Assembly (NCBI GenBank): GCA_016938135.1
Contig: JAFGVD010000019.1
Span: 9,831-73,830, forward strand
Source: Coriobacteriia bacterium
GTDB taxonomy: Bacteria > Actinomycetota > Coriobacteriia > Anaerosomatales > Anaerosomataceae
DNA length: 64,000 nt
Direction: 5' to 3'
Part shown: positions 35,597-44,700 of the stretch, in pieces
How positions within the stretch are numbered: the stretch's first letter is position 1
Layout of the letters: every line of letters begins with the position of its first letter
Position numbers and translations under genes: made by a program
The notes under the pieces: generated by a model
Seen by the model: only the letters and a program-made list of their open reading frames with translations
Database searches by the model: none
Told to the model about the DNA's origin: nothing

Positions 35597-36718
35597 TCAC
35601 AGTCCGATGGTCGTTCGGAGTCTCAGTATGAGCAGCATGACAAAACCCCTGGCCGAAGGCGAGATGAGGATAATCGTGGTGATCACGGTCAGTGCCGCAC
35701 CAACCAGATAGATGAGCTGAGCAGGCTTCACCGTTGCACGCCACAGCTTGCTTACGCCCTTCGCGTCCACCAGACGGGGGCCGACTTTCAGTCGCACGAG
35801 GAACGTCGAGGCCATCCCTTTGCGTCCTTTGTCCAGGTACTCGACCAGGTTGGCATGCGTGCCAACGGCGACGATCAAGTCCGCCCCGGCTTCGTGCGCA
35901 AGGAGCAGAGCGAGGTCTTCGCTGGTCGCGCTGAGCGGCCACGCGATCCCCTCCAGGCCCAACTCGTCCAATCGCTCCATGCCCGGACAACGACCGTCTG
36001 CATAGGCATGAACGATGAGCTGCGCACCGCTCGAAAGAGCCGCATCCGTCACAGAGTCCATATCACCCACGATGATGTCAGGCATGAAGCCGGCCTCCAT
36101 GATGGCATCCGCGCCGCCGTCCACCCCAATCAAGATGGGACGCATCTCTCGGATGTACGGCTTGAGCGCCTGGAGGTCTTCTTTATAGTCGTAGCCACGG
36201 ACGGCCACAAGAACGTGCCTGCCGACAAAATCAACCTTGGTCTCAGGGATCCCCGTGCCCTCGGTAAGAAGCGCCTTCTCCTTCTCAAGGAACTCGATGG
36301 TGTTGCGGGCGAAACGGTCGAGCTGCTCGCCAAGACCCGCCTTTGCGTCTTCCATGGCATGCTCTACCAGGTCGAAGGTCATACGCGTCCCACTGGCAAC
36401 GACAACCCCGTCTTTGAGGATGTTGTCATCCACCACCTCGATGTCATCACCGTCGTGGATGGACTCGAACACCTCTTGCCCCACGTGGTCTATCAGACGT
36501 ACACCACCACGAACAAGAAGAAGCGGTCCAACGTTAGGGTACGCCCCCGAGATAGAGGGAGCGGCGTTGATGACCACTTCGACACCGGTCTCGAGAAGCC
36601 CCTCGGCACTCACGCGATCCATGTCGATATGGTCGATAATGGCGATGTCGTTGCGACCAAGACGCTTGACCAAGTCCTTGGTCCGCTTGTCCAGCCGAGC
36701 GGTGCCCGTAAAGCGCAT
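35597..36718 (-). CDS. steA: Putative cytokinetic ring protein SteA
   Basis: 373 aa. N-terminus MRFTGTARLDKRTKDLVKRLGRNDIAIIDHIDMDRVSAEGL and a C-terminal TM segment. Position recN-steA-steB matches Actinomycetota synteny. Confidence 0.8.
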   Translation of the reverse strand: MRFTGTARLDKRTKDLVKRLGRNDIAIIDHIDMDRVSAEGLLETGVEVVINAAPSISGAYPNVGPLLLVRGGVRLIDHVGQEVFESIHDGDDIEVVDDNILKDGVVVASGTRMTFDLVEHAMEDAKAGLGEQLDRFARNTIEFLEKEKALLTEGTGIPETKVDFVGRHVLVAVRGYDYKEDLQALKPYIREMRPILIGVDGGADAIMEAGFMPDIIVGDMDSVTDAALSSGAQLIVHAYADGRCPGMERLDELGLEGIAWPLSATSEDLALLLAHEAGADLIVAVGTHANLVEYLDKGRKGMASTFLVRLKVGPRLVDAKGVSKLWRATVKPAQLIYLVGAALTVITTIILISPSARGFVMLLILRLRTTIGL

Positions 36719-36823
36719 ATGGCTCCTTTCGCCTACCGCAATGACGCGGAGCAGGCGGTTCGGGTCCTTCGGACCCAGCGAGCAGCGAGTTTACCAGATT
36801 CCCCCCGCGGCCTCACAACAACG

Positions 36824-38449
36824 TTAGCGAGCCGATACCCTGTCCAGAAGCTCACGTGCATGAGCCACGCTGGCCTCTGACTCCTCACCTGAGAGCATCC
36901 GCGCTATCTCAGCAACCCGACTAGCGCCTGCAACCTCACGCGTACGAGTGACGGTTCGCCCGTCCTCCTCGGCTTTGAACACCACGATCTGACGCTCCGC
37001 AAATGATGCCACTTGCGCCAGATGGGTGACCGCCAGCACTTGCCGCCCGCTTGCCAAAGAGGACAATCGTTCACCCACGGCTGTCGCGGTAGCGCCACCG
37101 ATGCCCGCATCCACCTCGTCGAATACAAGGACGGGCGTCTCGTCTGCGCCACCCAGAACGCCTTTCAGCGCCAGCATCACGCGGGACACCTCGCCTCCGG
37201 ACGCGATCTTGGCCAGAGGACGTGCGGGATCACCGGCACTGGCGCTGAACAGGAACTCCACCCGTTCAGGCCCGCTCTCCCTCCACTGCTCGAATGGCAG
37301 CTCGATTCTTTGGACCTCGAACACCGCCTTGGAGAGCGCTAGGTCCTGAGCCGCCTGGGTAAGTGCCGTCTCGAACGGAGTGGTGACCGAGTCACGGATG
37401 GCCATCAGGCCGGCGCCGGCGCTGCGGAGAGCGGATTCAGCCTGTGCCACACGTCCACGGGCCTCGGAAAGGCCCTCTTCTCCCGCATCCAGCATCGCAA
37501 GCTGCTGTTCCGCCTGGGTCTTCGTGCACAAGACATCATCAAGAGAGGGGCCGAACTTGCGCTTGAGAGCCGCTATAGCCGCAAGCCTGGATTCCGTGTC
37601 CTCCAGGGCACGGGGGTCATGCTCGACGCTTTCCGCGTACTCGCGCAAACGACCAGCAAGATCCTCTACGTCATCCGTGAGATGAAGTGCCGCATCCCGC
37701 ATCTCATCGAATGCAGGGTCGAGCCCCGCTGCCGGACCAAGCAGACTCACCGCCTCGGCGAGAAGATCCACCGCGCCGGCCTCTCCTTTAAGAGCCTGAT
37801 AGCCCGCGGCGGAAGCCGTGGTGAGGCGCTCACCGAATCGAAGCCTTGGCAACAGAGCCTCAAGCTCAGCATCCTCTCCAGGCCTGGGCGAAACACTCTC
37901 GATGTCACGGATCTGGAACTGCAGATAGTCCGCCTGCCGTTCGCGATCAGCAAGCGTCGCCTCAAGCGTCGCAACCTCCTGTTCGGCGCCCTTCAAAACT
38001 GAATAGGCGTCGGCGTACGCAAGCAGGGCAAGACGGGCAGGCTCACCCGAGAACCTGTCGAGATAGCCGGCATGGTTAGCAGGCGAGAGCAGTGATTGAT
38101 GGTCGTGCTGTCCGTGGAGATCGACGGCAGGTCCCAAGAGCTCAGCGATAGCACCGACCGTGGCCATCTCCCCGTCCACAGTGCATCGCGAACGACCCTC
38201 CGCACTCACCCGGCGACGAACGAGTACCTCTCGGCCATCAAGGTCGAATCGACCCTCGACGACAGCCTCGTGAGACCCGCTGCGGACCAGGGTGGCGTCA
38301 GCGCGCTCACCCAGCAGCAACTTGAGGGCACCTACGAGCACGGTCTTGCCTGCGCCGGTCTCACCGGTAAGGACCGTGAGCCCGGGACCGAACTCGATCC
38401 AGGCATCATCCACGAGTGCAAGATCTCGGACGTGCAGCTCAAGAAGCAC
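36824..38449 (-). CDS. recN: DNA repair protein RecN
   Basis: 541 aa. Walker A GETGAGKT, long coiled-coil middle region, C-terminal signature/Walker B region ASGGEVSRVMLAL ... LVFDEVDAGIGG. Confidence 0.93.
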   Translation of the reverse strand: MLLELHVRDLALVDDAWIEFGPGLTVLTGETGAGKTVLVGALKLLLGERADATLVRSGSHEAVVEGRFDLDGREVLVRRRVSAEGRSRCTVDGEMATVGAIAELLGPAVDLHGQHDHQSLLSPANHAGYLDRFSGEPARLALLAYADAYSVLKGAEQEVATLEATLADRERQADYLQFQIRDIESVSPRPGEDAELEALLPRLRFGERLTTASAAGYQALKGEAGAVDLLAEAVSLLGPAAGLDPAFDEMRDAALHLTDDVEDLAGRLREYAESVEHDPRALEDTESRLAAIAALKRKFGPSLDDVLCTKTQAEQQLAMLDAGEEGLSEARGRVAQAESALRSAGAGLMAIRDSVTTPFETALTQAAQDLALSKAVFEVQRIELPFEQWRESGPERVEFLFSASAGDPARPLAKIASGGEVSRVMLALKGVLGGADETPVLVFDEVDAGIGGATATAVGERLSSLASGRQVLAVTHLAQVASFAERQIVVFKAEEDGRTVTRTREVAGASRVAEIARMLSGEESEASVAHARELLDRVSAR

Positions 38450-38451
38450 GG

Positions 38452-39300
38452 TCAGCTCCGAAGGAACGTCGTTGACAAGACATCATAGAAACCGCGGCCG
38501 TCGAGACGGAGAAGCCGCACGTCGTGCTCGCCTACGACGATCCGCACGCCGTCGAGCACCGAGCGGCACGGTGCCTGATCGCCATCGATGGTGACACATG
38601 CATCGCTGCGTGCAGGATTGGGACATGTGATCTCAACAAGATCGCCGGGTGCGGCGACTATCGCCCGGGCACTGAGAGTGTGCGGCGCTACAGGCACGAT
38701 CACCATCGCCCGTATATCCGGGGAAACGAGCGGCCCGCCTGCGGAAAGCGAGTACGCCGTCGAACCTGTGGGGGTTGCGACGATGACACCGTCAGCTACA
38801 TATCGCCCGACGATGACGCCGTTCAGCTCCACCTGGATGTCTATCGCCCTGCCCGCCGAGCCTCGGCCCACGAACACCTCATTGAGTGCCTGATAGACCC
38901 CTGCCTGGCGGCCACCGATATCAACCGTGGCCGTGAGAGTCTGGCGTAGCTCTATCTTGACTTCACCGGCAAGGGCAGAGGCGAGCGCCTCGGCGAGCTC
39001 ATCCCCGTCGGCTCCTGAAAGAAAGCCAAGCCGCCCGAGGTTGATCCCAAGAACGGGCGCCTCGATATCGCCGAGCAAGTGCACGGCCTTCAGGATCGTA
39101 CCGTCGCCACCCAGCGCTACGACGAGTCCCGGTTCACCAAGCTCGACTCGAGAGACACCGCGATCGAGAAGGTCGCACGCTCTGGCGTCCTCCATCACAA
39201 GCACCGGTTCGTAGCCACCGGCGGACAGGATCGTAGCCGCACGGACGGTCGCTTCTACCGATCTATGGTTGGCCGGGTTCGGCACCAGAAGTACGCGCAC
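38452..39300 (-). CDS. nadK: NAD kinase
   Basis: 282 aa. GGDGTILKA motif. Position between tlyA and recN. Confidence 0.92.
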   Translation of the reverse strand: MRVLLVPNPANHRSVEATVRAATILSAGGYEPVLVMEDARACDLLDRGVSRVELGEPGLVVALGGDGTILKAVHLLGDIEAPVLGINLGRLGFLSGADGDELAEALASALAGEVKIELRQTLTATVDIGGRQAGVYQALNEVFVGRGSAGRAIDIQVELNGVIVGRYVADGVIVATPTGSTAYSLSAGGPLVSPDIRAMVIVPVAPHTLSARAIVAAPGDLVEITCPNPARSDACVTIDGDQAPCRSVLDGVRIVVGEHDVRLLRLDGRGFYDVLSTTFLRS

Positions 39301-39301
39301 G

Positions 39302-40093
39302 TCACTCCCCTAACGTCTCATGGGCCTTGGCGACGACATCGCCGCAGTCGACATCCGTGTCGCCATCCGGCGCGATCCATGCCCAGAACTCTATGTTACC
39401 TTCGGGACCTTTGATAGGCGACCAGGTGAGGCCGCGGACGCCCCATCCTGCTTCGCGCACGACTTCCACGACCGCTGCCAAGACGCTTTCGTGGACCGCG
39501 GGATCCCGCACGACCCCCTTCTTACCAACTCGACCTTTCCCGGCCTCAAACTGTGGCTTAACCAAAGCCACTACCGAACCGCCATCGGCGACGAGGGGGA
39601 TGATGTTGGAGAGAATCTTGGAGAGCCCGATGAAGGATACGTCGATCACCACCAACTCGAACGGGGCGCCGATCTTGTCCACATCCACATGCCGGATATT
39701 CGTACGCTCGAATACCGCCACACGCGGATCTTGTCTCAACTCCCAGGCAAGTTGACCGTATCCGACATCGACCGCCGCCACGGAGACAACTCCACGCTTG
39801 AGCAGACAGTCCGTGAAGCCCCCGGTCGATGCACCTACGTCCAGCGCCCTGAGTCCGACGACATCAAGCCCGAAGGCCTCCAGCGCTCCCTCAAGCTTGT
39901 GACCGCCCCGGGACACGAATCGTCTGGCCTCAGCAACTTCGATCGCCGCATCGTCAGCAACGACATGCCCGGCCTTCGTTACCGGATGTCCATCGACTTT
40001 GACTTCACCGGCAAGCACAGCGGCACGGGCCTTCTCACGTGATGCGAAGAACCCGCGATCAACGAGAGTGAGATCGATCCTTTTGCCGCGCAT
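39302..40093 (-). CDS. tlyA: TlyA-family rRNA 2'-O-ribose methyltransferase
   Basis: 263 aa. S4-like N-terminus (RIDLTLVDRGFFASREKARAAVLAG), FVSRGGHKLEGAL, and SAM motif LDVGASTGGFTDCLL. Confidence 0.92.
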   Translation of the reverse strand: MRGKRIDLTLVDRGFFASREKARAAVLAGEVKVDGHPVTKAGHVVADDAAIEVAEARRFVSRGGHKLEGALEAFGLDVVGLRALDVGASTGGFTDCLLKRGVVSVAAVDVGYGQLAWELRQDPRVAVFERTNIRHVDVDKIGAPFELVVIDVSFIGLSKILSNIIPLVADGGSVVALVKPQFEAGKGRVGKKGVVRDPAVHESVLAAVVEVVREAGWGVRGLTWSPIKGPEGNIEFWAWIAPDGDTDVDCGDVVAKAHETLGE

Positions 40094-42002
40094 CTACAAG
40101 GCCCTCCGTCGATTCCGCCGCGTCACCGTCATGGTCCATCAGTCGGCCAAGCACGGCTCCCCGCACCCCTTCGGCAGTCAGGCCCAGCTCGCCCAGAAGT
40201 CGATCCGTCGCCCCGTGTGTCACGAAACAATCGGGTACAGCCAGGCGCAGCACCGGCGCGTCGGAGCCAAGGTCGGACAGGCTCTCCAAGACGGCTGCCC
40301 CCATGCCCCCGATCACGGTGTTCTCCTCCAGGACGACGATGAGCTTGTGCCTCGCCGCTTCAGCGACAGCCTGCATGTCGATTGGCTTGACCCAGCGCAT
40401 GTTGACGACTGCGGCATCCACGCCGTCTTCCGCAAGGAGCACCGCAGCCTTCTCGGCAACGCCGACCATTCTACCCAGCGCCATAAGCGAGATGTCAGCA
40501 CCCTCCCGCCTGACCTCAGCGCGACCGGCCTCAAAAACGACCGGTGAGGATGGTAGCTCTACGCCAGAACCCTTGCCGCGCGGATAGCGGATCACCACCG
40601 GACCGTTGGTCGCAAGCGCTGTGTGGAGCATGTTGACCAGCTCGGCCTCATTGGCCGGAGCCATGATCGAGAGGTTGGGAACGGTGCGCAGGAAGCTCAC
40701 GTCGAAGACGCCGTGGTGCGTGGGGCCATCCTCGCCCACCAGTCCCGCACGATCCAGCGCGAATATGACCGGTAGGTTCTGAAGCGCTACATCCTCGATC
40801 ACCTGATCGAACGCCCTCTGGATGAACGTGGAGTAAATGGCGACGACAGGGCGCAGTCCTCCGTGCGCAAGACCCGCCGCAAGACCCACGGCGTGCTGTT
40901 CTGCGATACCTACGTCAAAGAAACGATCAGGATAGACCTCCGAGAAGCGCGACAGACCGGTTCCCGCAGGCATCGCGGCAGTGATGGCTACGACCCGGTC
41001 GTCTGCGGCAGCTTCGTCAAGCAGCGCGCTCCCGAAGGCGTCAGTGAAAGATATCGCACCTCCGGAACCGTTGACCTTGCCAGTCTCTATTGAGAAGGGA
41101 CTGATGCCGTGGAATGTGTCTGGCCTATCCTCCGCGTGGACATATCCCATACCCTTCCGGGTCACAGCGTGAACGATAACGGGGCCATCGCTTTGCTTTG
41201 CCCAGGTCACCGCGTTTTGGACCTGCTGGACATCATGGCCGTCTATCGGTCCGATGTATTTGATCCCAAGCTCCTCGAAGAGCATTCCGGGGACCAGCAG
41301 CTGCTTCACGGACTCTTTGGCAGCCTCACCCGCGGCGACCATCGCAGCGCCTATCTTCGTCTTGCCCAGCGCCGATTCAACGTCATCACGCAGGCGGCGA
41401 TAGCGGCGATCGAGACGGACTCTTGCAAGATAGCTGGAAATGGCTCCGACGTTAGGGGCGATCGACATCTCGTTGTCGTTGAGCAAGATGATCAAGCGGG
41501 TACCCAGATGGCCCGCCTGGTTCAGGGCCTCAAACGCCATCCCGCCGGTAAGCGCTCCGTCGCCGATGACCGCGACGACCGTCTCGTCCCCACCCACGAC
41601 GTCACGGGCGCAAGCGAGCCCCAGCGCGACCGATATCGAGTTGCTGGCATGCCCTGCGTCATGAACGTCATAGGGGCTTTCACTCCGCTTCGGGAAGCCG
41701 CATACGCCGCCATACGTGCGCAGGGTTCCAAAACGATCACGACGTCCGGTGACGAGCTTGTGCACATAGGACTGATGCCCTACGTCCCACACGATCTTAT
41801 CGGCAGGGCAGTCCAACGCCCGATGCATTCCGAGCGTCAGCTCTACCACCCCGAGATTGGGTGCAAGATGACCGCCCGTCGTGGCGACGGTCGATATGAG
41901 CTCTTCTCGGATCTCAGCAGCTAGCTGCCTGAGCTGTCCGGCATCAAGAGGCTTGAGGTCGCTTGGCGACTCGATGGAGTCGAGGAGGCGCTCAGCGCTC
42001 AA
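40059..42002 (-). CDS. dxs: 1-deoxy-D-xylulose-5-phosphate synthase
   Basis: LLDSIESPSDLK N-terminus, TPP motif GDGALTGGMAFEALN, and GHASNSISVALG. The ORF track starts at ATG 42062. I favour TTG 42002, which lies 9 nt after GCAGGAG, because Dxs proteins normally begin just before the LL..I..P.DLK motif. It overlaps the tlyA start by 35 nt. Confidence 0.93.
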   Translation of the reverse strand: MSAERLLDSIESPSDLKPLDAGQLRQLAAEIREELISTVATTGGHLAPNLGVVELTLGMHRALDCPADKIVWDVGHQSYVHKLVTGRRDRFGTLRTYGGVCGFPKRSESPYDVHDAGHASNSISVALGLACARDVVGGDETVVAVIGDGALTGGMAFEALNQAGHLGTRLIILLNDNEMSIAPNVGAISSYLARVRLDRRYRRLRDDVESALGKTKIGAAMVAAGEAAKESVKQLLVPGMLFEELGIKYIGPIDGHDVQQVQNAVTWAKQSDGPVIVHAVTRKGMGYVHAEDRPDTFHGISPFSIETGKVNGSGGAISFTDAFGSALLDEAAADDRVVAITAAMPAGTGLSRFSEVYPDRFFDVGIAEQHAVGLAAGLAHGGLRPVVAIYSTFIQRAFDQVIEDVALQNLPVIFALDRAGLVGEDGPTHHGVFDVSFLRTVPNLSIMAPANEAELVNMLHTALATNGPVVIRYPRGKGSGVELPSSPVVFEAGRAEVRREGADISLMALGRMVGVAEKAAVLLAEDGVDAAVVNMRWVKPIDMQAVAEAARHKLIVVLEENTVIGGMGAAVLESLSDLGSDAPVLRLAVPDCFVTHGATDRLLGELGLTAEGVRGAVLGRLMDHDGDAAESTEGLVDARQKDRSHSR

Positions 42003-42097
42003 CGGCAACAACTCCTGCTTGTCGTGTGGTGCGGGCGGTCTCCCGCGGCACCATCGTATCATGCGATATGGTGCACAGCTGCACCGTCATACCCCCG

Positions 42098-42442
42098 TTA
42101 CGAGGACGAGGACGACCTGTGCTCCGCGTCCGCTGACTCTCCAGTGGTATCTGCAGCGTCACGGAGTTCAGCAACCGCCACATCCTCCTCATCTGACGAG
42201 CCCTCTCCAGCCGGCACATCATCAGCGGCTGGTTCGTCAGTGGACTTCACAGCGGACTGAGATTGGACCGTGTCGCCGAAGTCCGTATGATCCACGAGCT
42301 CGGTACACATGAGCGCGAGTCGGGCGCCCTCTTCGAGAAGATCGAGGCTCTTCTCAAGAGTCGTGTCCTTCTTGCGAGCCTGGACCGCTATCTCCTCAAG
42401 GCGAAGCCGGGCCTGCTCGAACGTGTAGCGCTCATCTGCCAT
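42098..42442 (-). CDS. xseB: Exodeoxyribonuclease VII small subunit with an extended acidic C-terminal tail
   Basis: 114 aa. YTFEQARLRLEEIAVQ...LEKSLDLLEEGARLALMC is the XseB helical hairpin. About 50 extra Asp/Glu/Ser-rich residues follow. No xseA is adjacent. Confidence 0.8.
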   Translation of the reverse strand: MADERYTFEQARLRLEEIAVQARKKDTTLEKSLDLLEEGARLALMCTELVDHTDFGDTVQSQSAVKSTDEPAADDVPAGEGSSDEEDVAVAELRDAADTTGESADAEHRSSSSS

Positions 42443-42445
42443 CCG

Positions 42446-42928
42446 TTACTGCACTCCCTCGTTCTCATCGACCGGGTCGGTCTGTTCGACCGGCTCGGCT
42501 TGCACGACTTGCCCGGCGGAATCGTCTTCGACATGACGCAAAGCGATCTTGCCCAGCACTCCGTTCACAAACTTGGACGAATCCTCGCCTCCATAGAGCT
42601 TGGCCATCTCAATAGCCTCATTGATGACGACCGAATCCGGGACCTCCGGCTCGAACAAGATCTCGTACACAGCGAGACGGAGAATGTTGCGGTCCACGAA
42701 TGGCATCCGGATGAGCGACCAGTTCTCAGACGTGCCCTCTATCTCGGCATCGATCTCCGAGAGGTGCTCCTCGGCGCGCAAGGCCAACCGTCGCGAATAC
42801 TCCGAGGGCTCCCCGTCCTCATCGCTGTAGGACGACTCTGCCAGGATTCGATTCACGTCGTCACCGGTGATCTCACGCTGATACAACATCTGAAGCGCCT
42901 GTCGGCGCGCACGTGTTCTCTCAAGCAT
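42446..42928 (-). CDS. nusB: Transcription antitermination factor NusB
   Basis: Start at MLERTRARRQALQMLYQREI (ATG 42928); the ORF track adds 16 upstream codons that would overlap asp23. INEAIEMAKLYGGEDSSKFVNGVLGKI is the conserved NusB C-terminal region. Confidence 0.9.
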   Translation of the reverse strand: MLERTRARRQALQMLYQREITGDDVNRILAESSYSDEDGEPSEYSRRLALRAEEHLSEIDAEIEGTSENWSLIRMPFVDRNILRLAVYEILFEPEVPDSVVINEAIEMAKLYGGEDSSKFVNGVLGKIALRHVEDDSAGQVVQAEPVEQTDPVDENEGVQ

Positions 42929-42938
42929 CAGGCGCGCA

Positions 42939-43283
42939 CTACTGTTCTTCAAACTGGATGCCGTCGATGAACACATCCACCGCTGACACCTTCTGACCGG
43001 TCTGTGTCAGCAGCGCATCGCCAACCGTGCGCTGCACTGCAGTAGCGACATCGCGCAATGGCGTGCCGTACCGGACCGTCAGGTGCAAGACGACATGAAG
43101 CGAACCATCTTCTACGACGCTGACGACAACGCCGCGTGTGCCGCCTTTGGGAACCAGCCCTGCCAAACCCTGCGAGCCGGGAATGCATGCAACACCATCG
43201 ACGCTCTGCGTCGCAAGGGCGGCGATTGTCTCCAGAACGCCCGGCGCCACGCCGAGTCCTTCAAGCCTGATCTCCTCAGACAT
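42939..43283 (-). CDS. Asp23/Gls24-family envelope stress protein
   Basis: 114 aa. GVAPGVLETIAALATQSVDGV is typical of the Asp23 family. The position between accC and nusB matches Bacillus yqhY. Confidence 0.85.
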   Translation of the reverse strand: MSEEIRLEGLGVAPGVLETIAALATQSVDGVACIPGSQGLAGLVPKGGTRGVVVSVVEDGSLHVVLHLTVRYGTPLRDVATAVQRTVGDALLTQTGQKVSAVDVFIDGIQFEEQ

Positions 43284-44700
43284 CGCTCTCCTCCTTGTCA
43301 GCCTTCATCGTGCCGGTCGCGTGCGCCTCGACATCCTCTATCGAGGCGTGACGCTCCACGAAATCAGTATAGACTTCCCCCCGAACGAAATACTCGTTGT
43401 CCACGACATACTGATGGAACGGGATCGTGGTCGGTATGCCGATGATGATGAACTCGTCCAGAGCACGTCTCGCCCTGGCAACAGCCTCATCGCGCGTCTC
43501 GCCCCACACGATCAGCTTGCCGAGAAGGGAATCGTAGTAGGGCGGAACATCATAGCCCGAGTACAGGTGACTATCCACCCGTACCCCAAAACCACCGGGG
43601 GCGTTGAACAACTCCACCCTACCAGGATGCGGTCGGAAGTTGGCGAACGGGTCTTCTGCATTGATCCGGAACTCGATCGCATGGCCTCGCAAGACTATGT
43701 CCTCTTGCCTGGTGTGCCGCATCGGCTCACCTGACGCGATGCGGAGCTGCTCTTTGATGATATCGACTCCCGAGACCTGCTCAGTCACGGGGTGCTCGAC
43801 TTGCACTCTCGTGTTCATCTCCATGAAGTAGAACGAGCCATCCTCATCGAGCAAGAACTCGACCGTACCCGCGTTAACGTAGTCAACCGCGCGGACAGCG
43901 GTCAACGCCGCGGTACCCATTCGCTCCCGGATGTCCGCACTCAAAGCCGGCGACGGCGCTTCCTCGATCAGCTTCTGATGACGTCGCTGGATCGAGCAGT
44001 CGCGCTCGAACAGATGCACCGCGTTGCCATGAGTGTCCGCGAGGACCTGGATCTCAACGTGGCGGGGCCTTGTCAGGTACTTCTCGATATAGACCGTATC
44101 GTTGCCGAACGCCGCTGCCGCCTCGGTCTTGGCTGCAGTGAAGTTGGCCTTCAGTTCCTTCTCGTCTTTGGCGACACGCATCCCCTTGCCGCCGCCACCG
44201 GCGGAGGCCTTGATGAGCACAGGAAAGCCCACCTCAAGAGCGAACTCCAGCGCCTCTTCGGGGGTGTCGACCGCGCCTTCACTGCCGGGTACGCAGGGGA
44301 CGCCGGCATTCATCATGGTTTGACGGGCGATAGCCTTGTCGCCCATACGCTCGATGGCATCAGGCGACGGCCCGACGAAGACAAGCCCCGAATCCGCGCA
44401 CGCGCGAGCGAACGCTGCGTTCTCAGCCAGGAATCCATAGCCGGGGTGTATCGCGTCGGCACCCTTGACCAGTGCCGCCGAGATGATATTGGGCATGCTG
44501 AGATAACTGAGCGCAGAGGACGCCGGTCCGATGCACACGGCCTCATCGGCCATGCGCGCGTGCAGGCTGTCTTTGTCCGCCTCGGAGTACACGGCCACAG
44601 AGGCGATGCCCATCTCCTTGCAGGCGCGCACGATGCGGAGCGCGACCTCGCCGCGATTGGCGATAAGGAGTTTGCGGATCTTACCTGGCACGTTAGACAC
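43276..44700 (-). CDS. accC: Biotin carboxylase (AccC / pyruvate carboxylase subunit A type)
   Basis: 474 aa. KLLIANRGEVALRIVRA, ATP-grasp GGGGKGMRV, and EMNTRVQVEHPVTE. Confidence 0.93.
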   Translation of the reverse strand: MSNVPGKIRKLLIANRGEVALRIVRACKEMGIASVAVYSEADKDSLHARMADEAVCIGPASSALSYLSMPNIISAALVKGADAIHPGYGFLAENAAFARACADSGLVFVGPSPDAIERMGDKAIARQTMMNAGVPCVPGSEGAVDTPEEALEFALEVGFPVLIKASAGGGGKGMRVAKDEKELKANFTAAKTEAAAAFGNDTVYIEKYLTRPRHVEIQVLADTHGNAVHLFERDCSIQRRHQKLIEEAPSPALSADIRERMGTAALTAVRAVDYVNAGTVEFLLDEDGSFYFMEMNTRVQVEHPVTEQVSGVDIIKEQLRIASGEPMRHTRQEDIVLRGHAIEFRINAEDPFANFRPHPGRVELFNAPGGFGVRVDSHLYSGYDVPPYYDSLLGKLIVWGETRDEAVARARRALDEFIIIGIPTTIPFHQYVVDNEYFVRGEVYTDFVERHASIEDVEAHATGTMKADKEESDV

